64,000 nt of DNA, from positions 17,298,001 to 17,362,000 of the forward strand of contig CM106585.1 of NCBI GenBank assembly GCA_048013815.1, written 5' to 3'. The stretch is from Setoptus koraiensis. Lineage: Eukaryota > Animalia > Arthropoda. The notes under the pieces were generated by a model. The model ran no database searches, had not been told where the DNA came from, and saw nothing but the letters and a program-made list of their open reading frames with translations. Position numbers and translations under genes: made by a program. This document shows, piece after piece, positions 59,268-64,000 of this stretch. The first letter of the stretch is position 1; every line of letters begins with the position of its first letter.

Positions 59268-61337
59268 CTGTTTAGTTTGCGGCGAGCATCGTGTTAATTG
59301 GTGATAGTAGAGTAAAAAACAATGAATTAGCAGTCAGTCAATATTCGAAGCTTGCAATTTGTTAGAAATTCGGCCAACTCATCTGACAGTGATTTCGTTG
59401 CCCGTTCGAAACTTATTATTTTGCATATCTCGCTGACAACAACGGACAGATCGACACGATTGCAACGACGCCGAGCATGAGAATATTACGCAATGATAAT
59501 GATTTAGCGTGCACAATGCTAGACATTAACGACGGATCAGTCAGAAAAATCTGTTTTGTTGCTTTATTCACTGTATTAGTATATATTCCAAAATGGCTGA
59601 TTGGCCGTTCATATTTCCGTCGTGTGCGCCATTCTTTGTGTGCCCATTATATCTGGCCGACAAAATCTGGGAGCGCTCAAAAGAAACTGTAAGCGGCAAT
59701 CAAATGGGACCAAACATGGTGCTAACTCTCTAATACTATTATCAAACGCTAACGAGAAAAGCAGCGCTGCAAAGCGATCGTGACCACAATAAAAAAGCTA
59801 TTTTCCATGCGTTCTCTCAAGACCGGGTCAGTGTATCCTTTAATTGGATCACTCACTCTCGCTAAGCTGATAAGTGACTCCCATCTGGGCCGCTGGATCT
59901 GGGTTAGGGCTTCGGCTAGCCAGCCCGTCGCTCGGCGAAAACGCGCTTCAGCGCGTGCACCAGATACACGGAAATACGGCCTTGGACGTGCAGTCTCTTT
60001 AGACATAGATCGCATGCAGATAGATAACAAACAGAAAATATGTTTAGTTTGATTTTGTGTGCCAGCAAATGGCTGGCTGGCTGGCTGGCTCTCTGGCCTG
60101 GAAATTAGATGGCAAATATTGATTCACGCGAGCTTTAATCTATGATTGTGCAACTTTTTCCATGATGCACCGACGAGTCAGCCAACGAAAAGAGATGAGA
60201 GCGCGCGAAAATCGCTATGTGATCGCATGCTGTTTGCACACCAAACATATCAAACCTAGCCACAGATTGGGCTGTGTTATGAGCGATCAGTATCGGGTCA
60301 CCAGTCAGTTTGAATAGTGATCGTCGTGACTGGCCATCGCTTAGATGCAGAAACAACGGTTTTGCGCTGTATGGTGTCAAATCCCAATACAAAAAGTGAA
60401 TTCCAAAAGTGATCATTCCATTGAATTGCCACGTGCTCTCAATATCTCCTTCCGGACGGACAGGAAGAATGCACGCGAATAACGCCTCGTTGTGAGGGCA
60501 GATCATCCTGTGTTTGCCCAGACTTGCAAACACAGGATGACGGAGTCTAGTCTAACTCTAGCTGGCTGACAAACATGGCCGCGTATGACACGAAGATACG
60601 TTGCATTAAACAGTTGATGATTTCTGGTTCAAAACAAATGTCTCACAGTGTGCAACATTTTCTCACTTTACTCATGCCACCACTCTGAACCAATATACGC
60701 TAATATATCCGCAAAATATATACGATAAAACTGTCTGAAAAATCCCCGATTGGTGATTTTCTGCCCGATTAATCCGATGAAATCTGGTCGCTAGGGTAGC
60801 TCCAATCGTAACTGGGCGACACGCGATGGTCACTCTGTAGGCCGAGTTTTCCAGCTAACTAACTAGAATTCTCGGTATAGTATCAAATAAAAAATTATTA
60901 ACAGTCCAAAGAAGAGTGGCAGAGCTTATAGATGCTTAGTAATGCCTAAATCGTTGCCAGTGAAGGATGGATGAATCTAGAAGCAGATTTTAGTATTGGA
61001 AGTTACCATGATGATGCACAAGAAAGATATTCAGCGAATATGTGATATAGAACAGAATGTGGTCTAAGTGTTGAAATTTGTGAAAATGATGTGCCAAAAA
61101 TAAACTGCCATGGAAAAAACATTGAAGCTAAGAGTCATCTCTGAGAGCTAAAATGTTCGAATGGGCCGAAAATAGTTCTTGACATGCGATGAAGACCAAC
61201 AATTCTGGAAAATTTTGTCGGTTTTCGCATGAAAATTACTGATAAAACTCATTTTAGACAAGGTGAAAAACAATTTGCTGTCAAGACAATCAATACAAAA
61301 TTAATCAATTAGACTGGTACATCGTAGATTTGTAATA

Positions 61338-62141
61338 ATGAACTCAATTAATATTATTTGTACTGTTGCTGCTGTGGTCTGCTGGGTAGTTGTGAGCCAC
61401 TCCACCGTAGTGATGAGTGATAATGAAAATTTTTCGAAGCAGGTAAAATTGATCAATGATGAAATTGGAAAATGGTACAAGAAAGAATTAAGCGTAGCGT
61501 CGCGTGTCAATCATGCTCTTCACTTAGATAGTGACGCTCGACGTCAGAGTATAAGCCATCATTGGCCTAGACAAATGATGAAAGTGTTGCAATTAGCGGC
61601 GGGATATCTGTCATCCGAAGAGGTCAACACAGAAAGACTGGCCAGGATTGTCGCTGGTTTGAAGCAAAATGATCTGTCAACACAACGAGAGTTTGTGAAT
61701 AATGTTGGTATATATATGTGGCAAGAATTCAATTCCAGAGAAAAAAACAGGGGCGATCGCAAAAAAGAAGCATTTTATGAACAACGGGATGCATTATGTG
61801 CACCGTTCAACTCAAAAAGTAAGGGATATTTCAATTTCGAAGGTGCCATAGATGATCTTCTCCAAATCAAGGTAGCGGAACAAGTCGATGATGACGAATT
61901 CAACAAACAGGTTATTTATACAGATCAACCAATTGCGATGCTATACAAGGCCGCTATGATCTGTGAGTACTTAGATGCCGTAAGAGCCAAAGTGGATAAA
62001 GATCTAAGCCATCTCAAATTGGACATTATATGCAATACTAAAACGATACTGAAAGAATGGCCTTATCCCACAAAAGATTACCCAGTGTCCGAAGATTCCG
62101 AAGAATTGAGAGCATCTGGTGATATTGAGACTAGGGTCTGA
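61338..62141 (+). CDS. Orphan secreted protein, paralog 1 (267 aa)
   Basis: Hydrophobic N-terminal signal-like segment; intronless; clearly paralogous to 62569-63363. Confidence 0.8.
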   Translation: MNSINIICTVAAVVCWVVVSHSTVVMSDNENFSKQVKLINDEIGKWYKKELSVASRVNHALHLDSDARRQSISHHWPRQMMKVLQLAAGYLSSEEVNTERLARIVAGLKQNDLSTQREFVNNVGIYMWQEFNSREKNRGDRKKEAFYEQRDALCAPFNSKSKGYFNFEGAIDDLLQIKVAEQVDDDEFNKQVIYTDQPIAMLYKAAMICEYLDAVRAKVDKDLSHLKLDIICNTKTILKEWPYPTKDYPVSEDSEELRASGDIETRV

Positions 62142-62568
62142 TTAGATTGGTCTAGAATAGTGCTGATATAAAAATAAAATACGCTGATACTAGTTGTCCA
62201 ATGTGCAAAAAAGTTGTTGGTTTGTTATGCAATGCTTGCAATGAATTTCGCTTGTGGTTGTCTGTAACATTCAGCGAATATGCGACATAGGATAGAATAC
62301 TGTTTGAGCGTTTTAAAATAGTGAAAATAATGTGCCAACAATGAACCGATATAAAAACACATGGTGAAGCTAGTCATCTATGTGGCCAAATTGGCTCAAA
62401 ATAGCTCTCGAAATGCTAAATGTGCTGTAAACAATATCGGAAAAATTCTCATAAATTTTGCATGAAAGTTACCGATATAACTCACTAGCGAGGGCAAAAT
62501 ATACAATCCGGTCTCAGGAATCAATACAAAATTGACCAATAAGATTGCTACATTATACATTTGGAATA

Positions 62569-63363
62569 ATGAACTCGATCAATAGTATTTTCGCTGCCGC
62601 TGTTGCAGTCATATTAGTTGTGAGCCACTCCTCCGAAGTGAAGAGTGACCATGAAATTTTCTCGGACCAGTTGAAATTAATCAATGATGAAATTGAAAAG
62701 TGGTACAAGCAAGAGGTGTCCTTCGCGTCGCGTTCCCTTAATGCTTTCCACTTGGATGGTGGAGCTCAGCGTCAGAGTGTGAAATATCATTGGCCTAGAC
62801 AGATGATGAGAGTGCTGCAGGTGGCTACTGGAGTTTCGGCATCAGGCAAGATAGATAGAGCGAGCGTGGGCCGTATTTCCGCTAGTTTGAAATATAATGA
62901 TCGGCCAGTGCAACGAAAGTTCTTGGATAATATTAGAGCATTTATGGGAGCGAAGTTTAAAAATCAAAAAATTGGTGATCGAAAGCAGGAAATTTTCAAT
63001 GAACAACGGGATATATTGTGTGCACCATACAGGCCCGAAAGTAATGGATACTTCAATTTCAAAGGTGCCATCAATAATCTTCTCCGAGTCAAGTCTATGG
63101 AAAAAGTCGATGACGAAGAATTCAACAGACAGGTTATCTACACAGATCAACCAATTGGACTACTGTATCCCGCCGCTATGATCTGTCAAGTAATTGATGC
63201 CATAGAAACCAAACCGGATAGATCCAACACTATGCTCAATATGATTATGCCAGGTAATACTCAAAGTATACTTGACGGATGGACCTTCCCGCGCTCATAC
63301 ATCATTGAGTCATACTTCGCCTTGGGTCTTGGGTCTGATAGTTTAGGTTCTAATCAAGATTAG
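62569..63363 (+). CDS. Orphan secreted protein, paralog 2 (264 aa)
   Basis: Shares KLINDEI.KWYK, HWPRQMM, EQRD.LCAP, GYFNF.GAI and QVIYTDQPI..LY.AAMIC with paralog 1. Confidence 0.8.
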   Translation: MNSINSIFAAAVAVILVVSHSSEVKSDHEIFSDQLKLINDEIEKWYKQEVSFASRSLNAFHLDGGAQRQSVKYHWPRQMMRVLQVATGVSASGKIDRASVGRISASLKYNDRPVQRKFLDNIRAFMGAKFKNQKIGDRKQEIFNEQRDILCAPYRPESNGYFNFKGAINNLLRVKSMEKVDDEEFNRQVIYTDQPIGLLYPAAMICQVIDAIETKPDRSNTMLNMIMPGNTQSILDGWTFPRSYIIESYFALGLGSDSLGSNQD

Positions 63364-63549
63364 AATAGCACCCAATTATATCAAAATAGTGAAAACATGT
63401 TGATACCGACCGTCGGATGAAAAAAAAAACGATCTAGAGATATGCTGATAATCATTTGCAATGTTAAGAGATTAAATAAATCACACATTTTGATTTATAA
63501 TTTTGCATCAGGTAGCTTACTCAATTCGGGGACTATTTCTCGCCGCTAA

Positions 63550-63790
63550 AGATCTAAGCCACCCTAATTTTGATGCAATACCAAAACTAGACTTGACGAA
63601 TGGCCTTGTGCCCCAATAAAATACCCGTTGCCTGAGGGTTGAAACAAATTGAATCCGCGCGTTGAGATTAAAACTAGGATCGGATTAGATTGGCCTGAAA
63701 TAGTGCTGATACATAAATAAAATATGCTGACATCACATATCGTATGCATGAAAAAGTTGTTCGTTCGTTATGCGACACCCGATAATAATT
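63550..63790 (+). pseudogene. 3'-only remnant of a third paralog
   Basis: The DNA aligns by eye to the last codons and 3' UTR of paralog 1 (GATCTAAGCCA.., GAATGGCCTT.., GATTAGATTGG..AATAGTGCTGATA). Confidence 0.65.
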
Positions 63791-64000
63791 GTTTGTATTG
63801 GAATATCGGGAGATTGAATAAGTTACTTATATCTAATGAAGGTTTTACATCACGTTGATGTTTCCATTTTGGGACGAATTATCTTTGCTCAAGCATGAGA
63901 ACGAAGAATTTCATGTTTTATCCACTAATGAACTTACTGCAACTGTATGACGGCTGATCTATTCGAGAAATCACTGACGCTATAATAATCAGAGTGGCTA

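Noticed and set aside
59749-60533. 93-132-aa ORFs as mAChR N-terminal exons
   Set aside because: No TM1/TM2 motifs and no compatible donor.

Overview
Eukaryotic, compact arthropod-type DNA with short GT-AG introns, an innexin and poly-Q/H-expanded proteins. A mite is my best guess, but the sequence does not prove it. There are three compartments. (1) 1-29.6 kb is gene-dense and almost TE-free: SLC25A15, PP1 inhibitor-2, PIG-W, VMA21, ETF-beta, a PNRC protein, a decayed MRCK/gek-family kinase pseudogene missed by the ORF track, two-pore channel TPC1 with a non-canonical filter, innexin-2, a trypsin-like protease, and katanin p60 cut by a 500-N gap. (2) 30.1-54.0 kb is a nest of transposons dominated by an apparently non-autonomous rolling-circle family with DINE-1/HINE (Helentron-type) architecture: AGCGCTTAATTT subterminal inverted repeats, a 5' palindrome, a 3' stem-loop and central satellites. 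It is interleaved with a MULE-like MITE family carrying GC-rich hairpin arrays, a reconstructable DD41D Tc1/mariner element, Copia/Gypsy/Tc1/CxxH-DDE fossils, and gene-like cargo (an intact RING-finger ORF, an envelope-like glycoprotein). (3) 54.5-64 kb holds a muscarinic receptor with a ~1,260-aa third intracellular loop and a tandem family of orphan secreted proteins on the opposite strand. All calls come from manual reading and remembered family motifs; no database search was run.
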